This document shows, in pieces, positions 9,930-19,686 of a DNA stretch of 64,000 nt. The position numbers and the translations under genes were made by a program. The first letter of the stretch is position 1; each line of letters opens with the position of its first letter. This DNA is from a virus: the IMG/VR virus record IMGVR_UViG_3300021962_000027; one strand, written 5' to 3'. The notes beneath the pieces were generated by a model that worked only from the letters and a program-made list of their open reading frames with translations, made no database searches and was not told where the DNA came from.

Positions 9930-10876
9930 TACTTTACGTATTCTTTATAAACCTCTAATAATTCTTTTGACCTATTATACCATGATAATGATTCGGCATG
10001 TTGGATAGCTCTTTCACGGTATGAATCATAATTAGCAATAATATCGTCTAAACCACGAACAATGTCAGTAACTTTTCTTGGTGCTCTCCACATCCCGTCA
10101 AAATCAGTTTCCATCTCAATCCAACCGTCAATAGGTAAACCACATGCAGCTGCTTCTAATATCGTTAAATTTGGGTGCCCTGCCTCTAACTCAGATGGGT
10201 GCATAAAGATTGTATGTCTATGATACAAATCAACTAATTCATCTTGGTTAGGTTCCCATTCAATTGATAATTTAGGGTAGCCATTAACCCATGGGTTTTC
10301 ATTAAAGAAGTTTTGATTATTTCTTGGACCAGCGATTGTAATAGGTAGGTTTCTAGCCATAGCCGCTTGAATAGCAAAACCAAAACCCTTTCTATCGTAA
10401 CCATCCATACCAGCTAACCCGTTATTAGCTAAACACAATAGCTTATGCTCTTTTGGTTTAATTTTCGATGGGTGGTAAAAATCGGTGTTAACCCCATGTG
10501 AAAAGTATATAGCTTTTTCCGTATCAAAATATGGTACTAAAAATTTACCTGGCATTAAAGAAACTTCTGATTCTAGAATAGCCCTATTATTTTCATTAAA
10601 TACGAATGAATTTTTACCGTAATAATACGCATGATGATCATGTAATTGATAAATGTAAGGTATACCCCTATCATGTAGAAAATGAGCTAAGTTGGCCATG
10701 TGTACGTGAACAATATCATACTCACCTGGTTTAATCTCATTGGCGTATTTAATGTCAACCTCGTGACCTAATAATCTTAAATTCTGAGTGAACTCCCATA
10801 CTATTTTTTCCACAGCACCCCAATTAGGTGGTGGTACTGGGATTCCACATCCAGGGTGTACTTGACATATTCTCAT
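9929..10876 (-). CDS. GT4-like (GT-B) glycosyltransferase
   Basis: PVPPPNWGAVEKIV N-terminus; HGVNTDFY; RKGF; PSELEAGHPNLTILEAAACGLP. Confidence 0.85.
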   Translation of the reverse strand: MRICQVHPGCGIPVPPPNWGAVEKIVWEFTQNLRLLGHEVDIKYANEIKPGEYDIVHVHMANLAHFLHDRGIPYIYQLHDHHAYYYGKNSFVFNENNRAILESEVSLMPGKFLVPYFDTEKAIYFSHGVNTDFYHPSKIKPKEHKLLCLANNGLAGMDGYDRKGFGFAIQAAMARNLPITIAGPRNNQNFFNENPWVNGYPKLSIEWEPNQDELVDLYHRHTIFMHPSELEAGHPNLTILEAAACGLPIDGWIEMETDFDGMWRAPRKVTDIVRGLDDIIANYDSYRERAIQHAESLSWYNRSKELLEVYKEYVK

Positions 10877-10882
10877 ATTATA

Positions 10883-13627
10883 TTAATTTGTAAAAATTTC
10901 TGCGTAATCGTTATCTTTATTTTTATCTTTTCTATCCACTATGGAGTAACCAGGTAAATGTTTCGTATATATTTTGTTAGCCATAGCGCCATGTAAACCA
11001 GCAACTTTAGTCATCCATAAATCAAACGCATCCCATTTACATGTTTCAAACTTCTCCACAAAATTAGGTAATTTTTCTCTATTAATCAAGTAAGATTGTG
11101 CAGGTGCGAAAATACTCAAATTAAGCATTAAATCTTCTCGTTCACCATCATATCTTTCCGCACAGTAATTACCAAAACCTACCATGTCTACGTTTTCTTC
11201 TTTAGCTAATTGTGACCATCTAACTAAATTATCATATAACTCCTGATAAGGTGCATCGATAATAACATCACCCTCAAAAACTAGGATAAAATCATATTGA
11301 TTATTATCAGTTAAAGTGATACCATTTTTGTGTGCTAAGAAACAACCATAATGTCCTGGTGATAACTTGAAATACCCTGGTTCAGATGCGACATCATGCG
11401 GTCTATTACAACTATCAACTGGTGGTAAATCTTTATAAATTTCGTTAATTTTTTCATAATATTCAATATTATCGAAATTATTGGCAAAATCTTTTAAAGA
11501 ATGTGCGGATCTTATTTCTTTACCATTTACGGTTGGTTCAGTAACTAAATGAACAATCCTAATTTTAGGTTTATCACTATTATTTAGTAAACCAACATTA
11601 CCCTGATCACCTTTATATTCAAACATACCATTATTAGGTAAAGTATTTATAATGTAGTCATTATCGATTCTAATGAATTTACTTTCAATAAATTGTTGGG
11701 TATCTTTATCAAACGATTGGTAATCAACGGTATATTCAGCGTTATCATCAAAATTATACCCAACCATACTATACCAAGAACCCCTACCCGTGACAGTAAT
11801 TTGGTCCTCTTTTAATAAAGACCCGTTTTTATTAATTTTTATATTAATAATTCTACTATCTATTGAATTTGATCCCTGGAAATAAACTGTAAATGAATTA
11901 GGTACATTAGTTGGTAACACAGTAAAATATTCCACTCTAGAATAATCTCTATGATGGAAATTATTAGAAACTTCGGTTTTAAACTGTTCTTCACCCACTA
12001 ATTCAATCTGATTTATTTTATCCTTAAAAGCAAAATACATCAAATTTTCATAACCATTACTAAATGAACCCCATTTAGCTCTTAAATTTTCGTAATCTTG
12101 TGCACAAAATATCGGTTCAACGGAATCTAAGTAAAAAGAAGGTTTAATACCCATAAAAAATGTTGTAACTGAATGACCTTCTGGGTTATTAGGCATATCA
12201 CCGAAATAAGCTGATTTAGTGTTTAATACGTTTGAGATATTATCTAAATAAGCGTCATTTTTTAGAATATAATCATAGTTAAGGAAATAAATTTTCTCCA
12301 TACCTAATTTTAAAGCTAATGCAGCACCGTTATAATAATTGGTGTAGCAAGTTGGGCCATGATAAACATCATTATCCTCACCCCTTAAATTAACAAATGC
12401 GAAAAAATCGTCTTCACCGTATCTACTTTGTGAATAAAAAGTATGTTTAGTTAATATATTGTTTTTATCGTAAATACAATAATCAACTAAGTTTTGTAAA
12501 TCCTGTGAAATTGGTAGATGTGATGTTAAAATAACCTTTCTACCAGTTTTTTTAGCGGCTAAAATACATTCAACTGTTGTATCAAACGCACTTTTTGTTG
12601 TTGGGTAGGTTGATATGATTACAGCTTCATTTCCTCTGTTAATCGCTAAAGCCTGATTTGTTTGATGACCATTTTCAAGAACTTCTTTAATTAAAGAACA
12701 GTTTTTATTAAAATCAGTAAAATCTAAATACTTGATATTGTCAAATTTATCAAAATAGTTAAGATAAACACCTAGATTATAAATTAAAATTGGTAAATTC
12801 CATGAAATCGCTTCACGAATAACTAATGGCATTGTTTCTTTATCATTATCAGTACCTCTAGATGTGAATAAAAATAAATCCATTGCTTGGTAAAATCTAT
12901 CAACATCTTTTCTCTCACCATGCCAAACAACATTATGGGGTTTATTAATCATTAAGGGTTCCCAATAATGTGCGAAATTACCCGCTTGGTTCCCAACTGA
13001 GTGGAAAACGTATTCTGGTAAAGATTTAGCGTATTCAAAAAATTCTTTTTGATTTTTTCTTGGTGTGAATAGGCCAACGTGTAAAACATGTTTTTTACTC
13101 GGATCTAACCCAAGATCTTTTAACGCATCTTCTCTATTTGGTCTTTGTTTATATTCAATTGGGTATTCAACTAAAACTTTGGGGATATCAATCGATTCGA
13201 ATAATTTAATTTGCCAATCAGACACGAACATAAACTTGTCTGGGAAAAATTTCTTTTGTGTAGCATCATATGATGAATCATGTGATGTTTCCACGATAAT
13301 ATAGTTACGATCTTTTTTGTAGATTTCTTTAGCAACGCCAAAATCCATAAAATATTCGGGGATTTCTTCTAAATGAATAATATCTGGCGATATTTGATTA
13401 ATAATCTCAACTAATTGCATTTTATCATCACCCAGGGTAAAGAATTTATCTGGGGCGACCATTGAAGTTATTTTATCTCTTTGTACAACTAATACACCAC
13501 CAGTATGGTTAGACCATTCAATAACATAAATATCAAATGACTCTTTTAATAATTCAATTTTTTTAGTTAGGTACTGTGGTAAACCACCCGTGGATAAATG
13601 TGGGGCGATATATAATAATTTTTTCAT
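10883..13627 (-). CDS. Multi-domain glycosyltransferase (GT4 + central GT-A-like + GT25-like)
   Basis: N-terminal HLSTGG...VGLFTPRKNQ...ETMPLVIREA (GT4); central YHGP...FLNYDYIL domain; C-terminal SPGHYGCFLAH...VFEGD...AQSYLI (GT25-like). Confidence 0.75.
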   Translation of the reverse strand: MKKLLYIAPHLSTGGLPQYLTKKIELLKESFDIYVIEWSNHTGGVLVVQRDKITSMVAPDKFFTLGDDKMQLVEIINQISPDIIHLEEIPEYFMDFGVAKEIYKKDRNYIIVETSHDSSYDATQKKFFPDKFMFVSDWQIKLFESIDIPKVLVEYPIEYKQRPNREDALKDLGLDPSKKHVLHVGLFTPRKNQKEFFEYAKSLPEYVFHSVGNQAGNFAHYWEPLMINKPHNVVWHGERKDVDRFYQAMDLFLFTSRGTDNDKETMPLVIREAISWNLPILIYNLGVYLNYFDKFDNIKYLDFTDFNKNCSLIKEVLENGHQTNQALAINRGNEAVIISTYPTTKSAFDTTVECILAAKKTGRKVILTSHLPISQDLQNLVDYCIYDKNNILTKHTFYSQSRYGEDDFFAFVNLRGEDNDVYHGPTCYTNYYNGAALALKLGMEKIYFLNYDYILKNDAYLDNISNVLNTKSAYFGDMPNNPEGHSVTTFFMGIKPSFYLDSVEPIFCAQDYENLRAKWGSFSNGYENLMYFAFKDKINQIELVGEEQFKTEVSNNFHHRDYSRVEYFTVLPTNVPNSFTVYFQGSNSIDSRIINIKINKNGSLLKEDQITVTGRGSWYSMVGYNFDDNAEYTVDYQSFDKDTQQFIESKFIRIDNDYIINTLPNNGMFEYKGDQGNVGLLNNSDKPKIRIVHLVTEPTVNGKEIRSAHSLKDFANNFDNIEYYEKINEIYKDLPPVDSCNRPHDVASEPGYFKLSPGHYGCFLAHKNGITLTDNNQYDFILVFEGDVIIDAPYQELYDNLVRWSQLAKEENVDMVGFGNYCAERYDGEREDLMLNLSIFAPAQSYLINREKLPNFVEKFETCKWDAFDLWMTKVAGLHGAMANKIYTKHLPGYSIVDRKDKNKDNDYAEIFTN

Positions 13628-13648
13628 AAATGTTTCTAATTAACAATA

Positions 13649-13677
13649 CAAATATAGTAAAAATATAAACAAATATA
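13649..13677 (-). promoter_or_regulatory. Tandem TATATTTG host-type promoter elements for glycosylation operon A
   Basis: CAAATATA on + at 13649-13656 and 13670-13677, just after the MCP terminator. Confidence 0.6.
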
Positions 13678-13680
13678 AAC

Positions 13681-13710
13681 AAAAAAAGGGTGGAAAAAAT
13701 CCACCCTTTT
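13681..13710 (-). terminator. Intrinsic terminator after the major capsid gene
   Basis: AAAAGGGTGGA-loop-TCCACCCTTTT stem followed by a U tract on the minus strand. Confidence 0.85.
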
Positions 13711-13733
13711 CATTATTAATGTAAACCTTAAGA

Positions 13734-15314
13734 TTATCTCAAACCTGCGATACCGAAGCTAACGATATTTTTACACTTGATTACACCATAGAAACGGTTA
13801 TTAACCATTTTCTTAGCGTAACGAGTCATAATACCTTTAACTGGTGCGAAAGTGAACGGGTTGTACATTGTAGGAGTTAATTGCATTGGCACGTATGGTG
13901 CGTAGATGTAACCTGTATCCAACAAAGATGTACCTTTGTGACCCATCAAGATTGTATCAGCTGGGAAGTAAGGATCACGGTAAACTTGGTATCTTCCACC
14001 CAATGAACCGATTCTTTCAATACCCATGTTATATTTGTCTTGCTCTGGAGCAGCGTTAGATACGTGGAAGTATTCTAAGTCGTCCAAGATAGCTGAAACC
14101 TCAGCAGAAACTACGATCCAGTTAGCACCACCTCTTAAAGTAGCTTTGTGGATTTGTGCAGAAACTTGGTTGATCGCAGTGATCAAAGTTTGGTTCCAAT
14201 CTTTTTGAGTATAGAAACCGTTTGATGCAGATAAACCACCAGTGTTAACTCTTGAACCAGAGTAATCCCAAGTCATTCTCCATGCAGCGCCTCTACGTAA
14301 GTCACGTAAAATTTCACGGTCAATCTCAGCAGCAACTTGCTCAGACAATAAAGCTGTCAATTCAGCTTCTGCATCAATGTTATGGAACGCTGATACGTCT
14401 TGAGCTAATTCTGGAGACCATTGAGCTCTTAACTTTCTTTCGATAACAGAAACTGTTACAGACTTAAGTTCGAAGCTAACTTCACCCATTTGATCATTGT
14501 ACTCTAAAGATTCGTATTCTTTAGCTGTTACTGTTAAACCAGTTAATGGTAAAGCTACAGAAGCACTATTGTTAACAACAGCGATATAGATATCACCATT
14601 AGCTTCCATAATTGAGTTACCATATTTTTGAGCTGGCAAGTAGAAATCGAAATCAGCGCTAGCTGTAGCTGAAGTGATTGCCAATGTTGACATTACTTCC
14701 TCAGCGTTTTCCCAGTTAGTGATAGCTGAACCAAAGTTAACTTTGATGATTTCAGTTGAGTTAACTGGAACTGAAGTACCAGCTTTAGTAGCGTAACCGT
14801 TACCAGCAGCAGAAGTAAACTGATACAAGTTAGCAGTTGTTTTAGTACCTGTTAAAGTAGTTGCAGCACCTTTAGAGTTGTCATAAAGACCATTCTCTCC
14901 GTAGAAAGAGTCATAAAGGTTAGCGCTAACTGAAGTTCCAGTTGGGTTGATACCAGCAGCAGCTGCATCAAACGCTGAATTTTCCAATTTAGGTACGAAG
15001 TAGAACAATTTACCGATAGGTAAGTTCAATGCTTGTACAGAAACGATTTCGTTAGCTAATAATTTAGAGAATACTCTTCTCACGATTGGGAATACCACTG
15101 TTTCGAAAGAACCTTCGTTACCTAAAGCAACTGATTCATTAAGCATATAAGATGCTTGGTTTTCAAATAATTGTGCGATATTCTCTTTTCTGTGACCACC
15201 TAAGCCTTCTAAAAGACCTAAGCTGTCCCATCTGTTAATTACGTCAGTACGTACAGCTTTCAAGTGATTTAAGCTTACGTTACCAACTTTTCCTGATTCT
15301 AATAATGCTCCCAT
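13734..15314 (-). CDS. Major capsid protein, T4 gp23-like
   Basis: LFENQ, PIVRRVF, VSVQ, RKLRAQWSPELAQD..AFHNIDAEAEL...EIDREI and GYIYAPYVP...TRYA motifs. Confidence 0.96.
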   Translation of the reverse strand: MGALLESGKVGNVSLNHLKAVRTDVINRWDSLGLLEGLGGHRKENIAQLFENQASYMLNESVALGNEGSFETVVFPIVRRVFSKLLANEIVSVQALNLPIGKLFYFVPKLENSAFDAAAAGINPTGTSVSANLYDSFYGENGLYDNSKGAATTLTGTKTTANLYQFTSAAGNGYATKAGTSVPVNSTEIIKVNFGSAITNWENAEEVMSTLAITSATASADFDFYLPAQKYGNSIMEANGDIYIAVVNNSASVALPLTGLTVTAKEYESLEYNDQMGEVSFELKSVTVSVIERKLRAQWSPELAQDVSAFHNIDAEAELTALLSEQVAAEIDREILRDLRRGAAWRMTWDYSGSRVNTGGLSASNGFYTQKDWNQTLITAINQVSAQIHKATLRGGANWIVVSAEVSAILDDLEYFHVSNAAPEQDKYNMGIERIGSLGGRYQVYRDPYFPADTILMGHKGTSLLDTGYIYAPYVPMQLTPTMYNPFTFAPVKGIMTRYAKKMVNNRFYGVIKCKNIVSFGIAGLR

Positions 15315-15357
15315 TTTAGTATTTTTTTAAGTTTGTTTTATTAATTATTATTTAATT

Positions 15358-16584
15358 TTAGATTTTACCGATGATTTCACGAATTCTATCCAATTGTGGA
15401 TTTGTATAAGCTGTTGATTCATTTAATTTTGATGAACCGCTAGCTTTTGGTGTTTCCATAATTTTTTCTTCAACCATCTGTTTTGTCGCAGTTTTGTTCG
15501 AGCTAAATTGTGTCTGCATTGTATTAAAGATCTCTCTTGATTCGTTTAGGTTTTTAGCACTATCGAATCTCTTAAGGATATCTAATTTCTCATCCTTAGT
15601 TGTAGAGTTTTCAGTAATCAATTTAATTGCGTATGTCAAATTAGATGAGAACAAAGCAACTTCTTGTAATTGCGACTTAAGATTTTTGATAGCAGATTTG
15701 TAATCTGACTCAGAACCTTTAAATTCCTCGGTCAAAGTTTTGAAATCTTCTAACTCTTTAGTCTTTTTATTGTTTTCAGCCACTACTTCTTGGTATTTTT
15801 TTCTCATAACTACCAAACTCTCGTGTAACTCTTTTTCTTTGTTTGTTTTTTCAACCTTAGCGCTTTCTTCAGTTTCTTCTTTAGCTTCGTCAACCTTAGC
15901 TTCTTCAGCAACTTCTTTAAGATCTTCTTCTGAGATCTCAATTTCAAACACTGGTTCTTCTTCTTTGATCATTTCATCGCCAGCCTCTTCAAGATTGTCT
16001 ACAGCATCTTTAGTTGCCATATGGTGCTCGTCACCATATTCATCAACTTCACCTTCCCCAAGGTTGCTTACAGCGTCTTTAGTTGCCATAGGGTGTTCAT
16101 CACCGTATTCATCTAATTCAGTTGGTAATTCCTCAGTAGGTGTGTTTTCGGTAGAATCTTTTTCAAGATCTTCCTCTTCACCAGTAGAAGGGTTAATGTT
16201 AATCTGTAAACCACCTTCAGGTGTTTGTACGATTTCGATTTCATCAGCAGGTTCCATGAGTTCGAAATGTTTAATAACTTCCTCATCTGGTTTTCCAGTT
16301 AAGTCGATAACTTCTTCACCTTCTTCACCAGAAAGATCAGTTGAGTCATCACCCATACCTTCACCATTATCATCTGCTTGATTTAAATCACCAGGTAAAT
16401 CACCACCTGGCATGTCATCTGTTGACTCCTCATCATCAATACCCTCATTAAGGTTATTTTTGACAATTTCCTCTAATTCTCCTTTAAGAGTGCTCGTTAA
16501 AGCGTGATTAGCGTTTTTTGAAACCGCTTCTCTTAATTCCTGGATTTCAGCAAGAGTCTCTGCTAAAATATTTGTTTTGCTCAT
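15358..16584 (-). CDS. Prohead core/scaffolding protein (gp22-like)
   Basis: Very acidic with a coiled-coil C-terminal half and many L/I-x-E sites; directly upstream of the MCP. Confidence 0.75.
   Translation of the reverse strand: MSKTNILAETLAEIQELREAVSKNANHALTSTLKGELEEIVKNNLNEGIDDEESTDDMPGGDLPGDLNQADDNGEGMGDDSTDLSGEEGEEVIDLTGKPDEEVIKHFELMEPADEIEIVQTPEGGLQININPSTGEEEDLEKDSTENTPTEELPTELDEYGDEHPMATKDAVSNLGEGEVDEYGDEHHMATKDAVDNLEEAGDEMIKEEEPVFEIEISEEDLKEVAEEAKVDEAKEETEESAKVEKTNKEKELHESLVVMRKKYQEVVAENNKKTKELEDFKTLTEEFKGSESDYKSAIKNLKSQLQEVALFSSNLTYAIKLITENSTTKDEKLDILKRFDSAKNLNESREIFNTMQTQFSSNKTATKQMVEEKIMETPKASGSSKLNESTAYTNPQLDRIREIIGKI
15991..16113 (-). repeat. 69-nt (23-aa) tandem duplication in the scaffold
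   Basis: DEYGDEHPMATKDAVSNL / DEYGDEHHMATKDAVDNL. Confidence 0.85.
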
Positions 16585-16627
16585 GTTTTAATTTATTAAA
16601 AAATTATTATGATATATTATCTTAGTA

Positions 16628-16634
16628 ATAAATA
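16628..16634 (-). promoter_or_regulatory. Putative late promoter TATTTAT (scaffold-MCP)
   Basis: Motif shared by the leaders of many structural genes. Confidence 0.6.
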
Positions 16635-16693
16635 CTATCAAAAAAGCAAAAAGACAAAAAAAATTAAAAAAGCTTAATCAGAAGTGTTTAGGT

Positions 16694-16727
16694 AAAAAAA
16701 AAACCACTCTGTTATAGAGTGGTTTTT
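16694..16727 (-). terminator. Intrinsic terminator
   Basis: AAAAACCACTCT-gttat-AGAGTGGTTTTT. Confidence 0.8.
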
Positions 16728-16746
16728 AATATCATTTTAAGTGATT

Positions 16747-16986
16747 TTATTGGGCGTTAACATCAACACCCTCTGGAATGATTACTCTAACAATTTTAGA
16801 TTCGTCAATCTTTAAGATTCTGAACTCACCCATTATACCTTCTAAATCCTTAATTACAGAGGCTTCAGCGTCAGTAACCGAAATAGCTTTGGTCATGTAG
16901 TTTTCTTTAATCTTTTTAATTTTACCCGTTTGTTCATCTTCAACAACAAACTGAATTGTAACTGTGTACCAATAATATGTTTTCAT
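16747..16986 (-). CDS. DUF4494-like protein
   Basis: W..V.I......G..KK.KE.Y...A.S.T.AEA.......GEF pattern of the Bacteroidota DUF4494 family. Confidence 0.7.
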   Translation of the reverse strand: MKTYYWYTVTIQFVVEDEQTGKIKKIKENYMTKAISVTDAEASVIKDLEGIMGEFRILKIDESKIVRVIIPEGVDVNAQ

Positions 16987-17006
16987 AAAAAATTTTTTAA
17001 TTGATA

Positions 17007-17037
17007 CAAATCTAGTAAACTTTTTTTAAAAAATCAA
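17007..17037 (-). promoter_or_regulatory. Bacteroidota-type promoter TTG-N20-TAGATTTG
   Basis: Both -33 and -7 elements present with a 20-nt spacer. Confidence 0.65.
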
Positions 17038-17038
17038 C

Positions 17039-17785
17039 TTAAAACTTAAGGAATTTATTTAGTTTAGCCACTAAATCTTCTTTAGATTCACCACCAGTAT
17101 ATGTTTCACCAGTCGCTCTGTTCACACCTTTAGTCTCTTCGATTTCATTATTATTGGTTAGAACTTCATCGTATTTGTTGAAGTCATTTGCGTCTTTATA
17201 TAGATATGAACCTGGAGTTGATGGTGAAGATACAATATCCCAACAGATTAATTCAAAATCATTCTGTACAACATTTTTACCATTTATCTTTTTTAGACTA
17301 CCAACACCTCTAGATGAAATACCTAAAGTCATACCGTAGCCTAAGTAATGTGCGACTAAGTCACCATTACAAGAAATAATACCACTTCTTCTAAAACCTT
17401 CTGAAACCAATATTTCCAATTTACCGATAAGAACATTATCTTTCCAGAACATATCAACTATTCTATGTGGCGAACCACCTTTTAATGATATAACAGATTC
17501 TTGTGGGTGATCCAATTCATGGAAACTAGAGTTACGTTCGATAACTTCTCTATATCTTTCAACCTCTCTTCTTAATATATCTTCTGGATATACCCTACCA
17601 TTCCTATTTTCAACACCAAATTTTTGTAAGGTTGCGTAGTAATATATTGGCCCTGATAAATCAATAGGTCCAGTAACCTCTTCTTTTATAATCTGGTTTT
17701 GTAATACCTCAGATACTGAGCCAGCATCACCTTCAACTAAAATACCAAAACCTTCCTCGTTTTCTTTTAAAATTTTTAATCCCAT
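17039..17785 (-). CDS. Prohead protease, T4 gp21-like
   Basis: NRNGRVYP, ELDHP, GISSRGVGS and DIVSSPSTPG motifs. Confidence 0.93.
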   Translation of the reverse strand: MGLKILKENEEGFGILVEGDAGSVSEVLQNQIIKEEVTGPIDLSGPIYYYATLQKFGVENRNGRVYPEDILRREVERYREVIERNSSFHELDHPQESVISLKGGSPHRIVDMFWKDNVLIGKLEILVSEGFRRSGIISCNGDLVAHYLGYGMTLGISSRGVGSLKKINGKNVVQNDFELICWDIVSSPSTPGSYLYKDANDFNKYDEVLTNNNEIEETKGVNRATGETYTGGESKEDLVAKLNKFLKF

Positions 17786-17836
17786 TGCTATATGATTATA
17801 TCTAATAAATATAGCGAAAACCCATTAAGTGCCGAT

Positions 17837-18766
17837 TTAATCCTCAGAAAACTGAAATCCGATTTTCTCATCAGCTATTTTGGAGTTTTTAAGTCTTTTA
17901 ATTGTTTCAGCATAATCATTTTTAAGAATATATAATGAGATAAAAGCTTCTTTAAGATGTGCCATCGTGTATTTTTCGGTATCTTTAACAAGTTTATCCA
18001 AGTCATATAAAGTCTTATCTTCCTCAGTTAGAATAGATTCAAAATATAATTTCCTATCACTGGTAGTTGGTTTTTCTATTTTATATTTTTTATCAAATCT
18101 AGATGGTCTATCTTTAATTCTTTCGGGTATCTTTTCTAAATTATTTGTTGTCGCAACATACACAACATTTTCAATAGAATTTAAACCGTCTAAAAAATTT
18201 AAAAAGACTTCTTCACCAAATTTATCTATAACTAAATCAAGATCCTCGATTATACATAACATCGGTCTTGTTTTCTCAACTTTTCTAACTAGCTTAGCTA
18301 ATTCAACCCAATTATATGGGTTATCGAAATAAATTGATATTCCATCATATTTTTTTAACTCGTCAACTAATAAATGTATCAATGATGTCTTACCGCAACC
18401 AGGATCACCATATAATATAATACCTCTTTTAGGTGTTAGGTTATAAGTTTTAAATCTATCAATATTATCCCAAAATTTCTTAAGGTCTTCAATAATTTGA
18501 TTGTGTGGTAATGATGGTAAATGAAAGAACTCATCACTTTTATAGTTTAATTTTGAAATACCGAATCCATTACCCTCGTTATATATCATGCTATATAAAC
18601 CAGAATCAACAGTGGCCACGGTTTTAAAATTAAAATAAAAATCATTATTATTAATTGTATACCATGATTCGATTGACGGAAGTATTCGTTCCAAATGATC
18701 GTTCATCATACTAATACCCTCTTCTAATGGTATTTCTTCGTACTCAAAGTCTTCTTGTTCTAGCAT
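17837..18766 (-). CDS. Single-domain AAA+ ATPase
   Basis: Walker A GDPGCGKT, Walker B IIEDLD, LNFLDG, and SRH ATTN...RPSRFD. Confidence 0.9.
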   Translation of the reverse strand: MLEQEDFEYEEIPLEEGISMMNDHLERILPSIESWYTINNNDFYFNFKTVATVDSGLYSMIYNEGNGFGISKLNYKSDEFFHLPSLPHNQIIEDLKKFWDNIDRFKTYNLTPKRGIILYGDPGCGKTSLIHLLVDELKKYDGISIYFDNPYNWVELAKLVRKVEKTRPMLCIIEDLDLVIDKFGEEVFLNFLDGLNSIENVVYVATTNNLEKIPERIKDRPSRFDKKYKIEKPTTSDRKLYFESILTEEDKTLYDLDKLVKDTEKYTMAHLKEAFISLYILKNDYAETIKRLKNSKIADEKIGFQFSED

Positions 18767-19190
18767 TTGATTTTTTTGAAAAGTAATTTAATTTATTTTG
18801 TTCCAAGGATTCGATTATAAGATTAGATAATTCCCTCATTTTTTTAAACATTAAAGTTGAATTAAATTTAATCTTTTCTTTAGGGTATACAGTTAGTTCA
18901 ATAAACATAAAACTTTTTTTATCTGACGACATACCTGACGCTCTTAGATCTAAATCAACAATAAAATTTTCATTAAATGAAATTTTGTCAATATTTTGTT
19001 TAACATTCATTATTATTTGTTTACGCATCATTCTTATGTAAGAATCGTAATTTTCGATATCTCTGGGTTGTACCCAAGATTCAACGTTTAAGTAAACAGC
19101 ATTTAATTTTACGGCATCAATTGTACCATATTTAACTCGAAATCTCTCGTCTGTGAAGAGTTTCTTTTCTTTTCCAAATTTGCACTGCAT
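18744..19190 (-). CDS. Hypothetical protein
   Basis: 148-aa ORF overlapping the AAA ATPase start. Confidence 0.7.
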   Translation of the reverse strand: MQCKFGKEKKLFTDERFRVKYGTIDAVKLNAVYLNVESWVQPRDIENYDSYIRMMRKQIIMNVKQNIDKISFNENFIVDLDLRASGMSSDKKSFMFIELTVYPKEKIKFNSTLMFKKMRELSNLIIESLEQNKLNYFSKKSNARTRRL

Positions 19191-19294
19191 TTTGTTTTTT
19201 CATATTTTAACACATTTTATTATTTACTATTATAATAATAAGAAATAAAGTTCGTTAAACCAAATTTAGAGTATTTATATTAAACAAATTAATT

Positions 19295-19597
19295 ATGAGC
19301 ATAGGTAATATTAAAAAATGGTCATTTGGTGAAATGACTTCGAATACAGACGGAAAAACATCCGTAACATCAACATCTGGTTTTATAATCGTAATGATTG
19401 GTTGTTTATCATTCTTATTAGGCGTGATTGACAAAATGTTTATCGATAAAAGTATGGATGTAATTAACCAAGCCGTAGCTTTTACAATGATTGGAGCCGC
19501 ATTAATTGGGTATAAGAACTATACTGGTCATAAGGTATCAATAGCAAAATCCAAGACTACTGAGGAGACCCCTACAACCGAAGAAGAGGTTAAATAA
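19295..19597 (+). CDS. Small two-TM membrane protein, possible holin
   Basis: Two hydrophobic helices, charged C-terminal tail, TATTTAT at 19272-19278. Confidence 0.5.
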   Translation: MSIGNIKKWSFGEMTSNTDGKTSVTSTSGFIIVMIGCLSFLLGVIDKMFIDKSMDVINQAVAFTMIGAALIGYKNYTGHKVSIAKSKTTEETPTTEEEVK

Positions 19598-19603
19598 GAT
19601 ATT

Positions 19604-19686
19604 CCGCTATAAGCGGTGTTTTAGGACCGTTCCAGTTATGGGACAAAAAAAAGCCAGGATTCGCTACCCTGGCTTTACTTTTTTTA
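19604..19686. other. Three-hairpin structured element ending in a bidirectional terminator
   Basis: CCGCT-ata-AGCGG; GTTCCA-gtta-TGGGAC; AAAGCCAGG-attcgctac-CCTGGCTTT with T tracts. Confidence 0.55.

Noticed and set aside
15494-16381. Plus-strand ORFs of 69 and 213 aa opposite the scaffold, and similar antisense ORFs elsewhere (e.g. 20389-20766, 25600-25896, 61872-62126, 63232-63486)
   Set aside because: Ser/Leu/Phe-rich antisense mirrors of Glu/Lys-rich genes or of terminator regions; the real genes are on the other strand.
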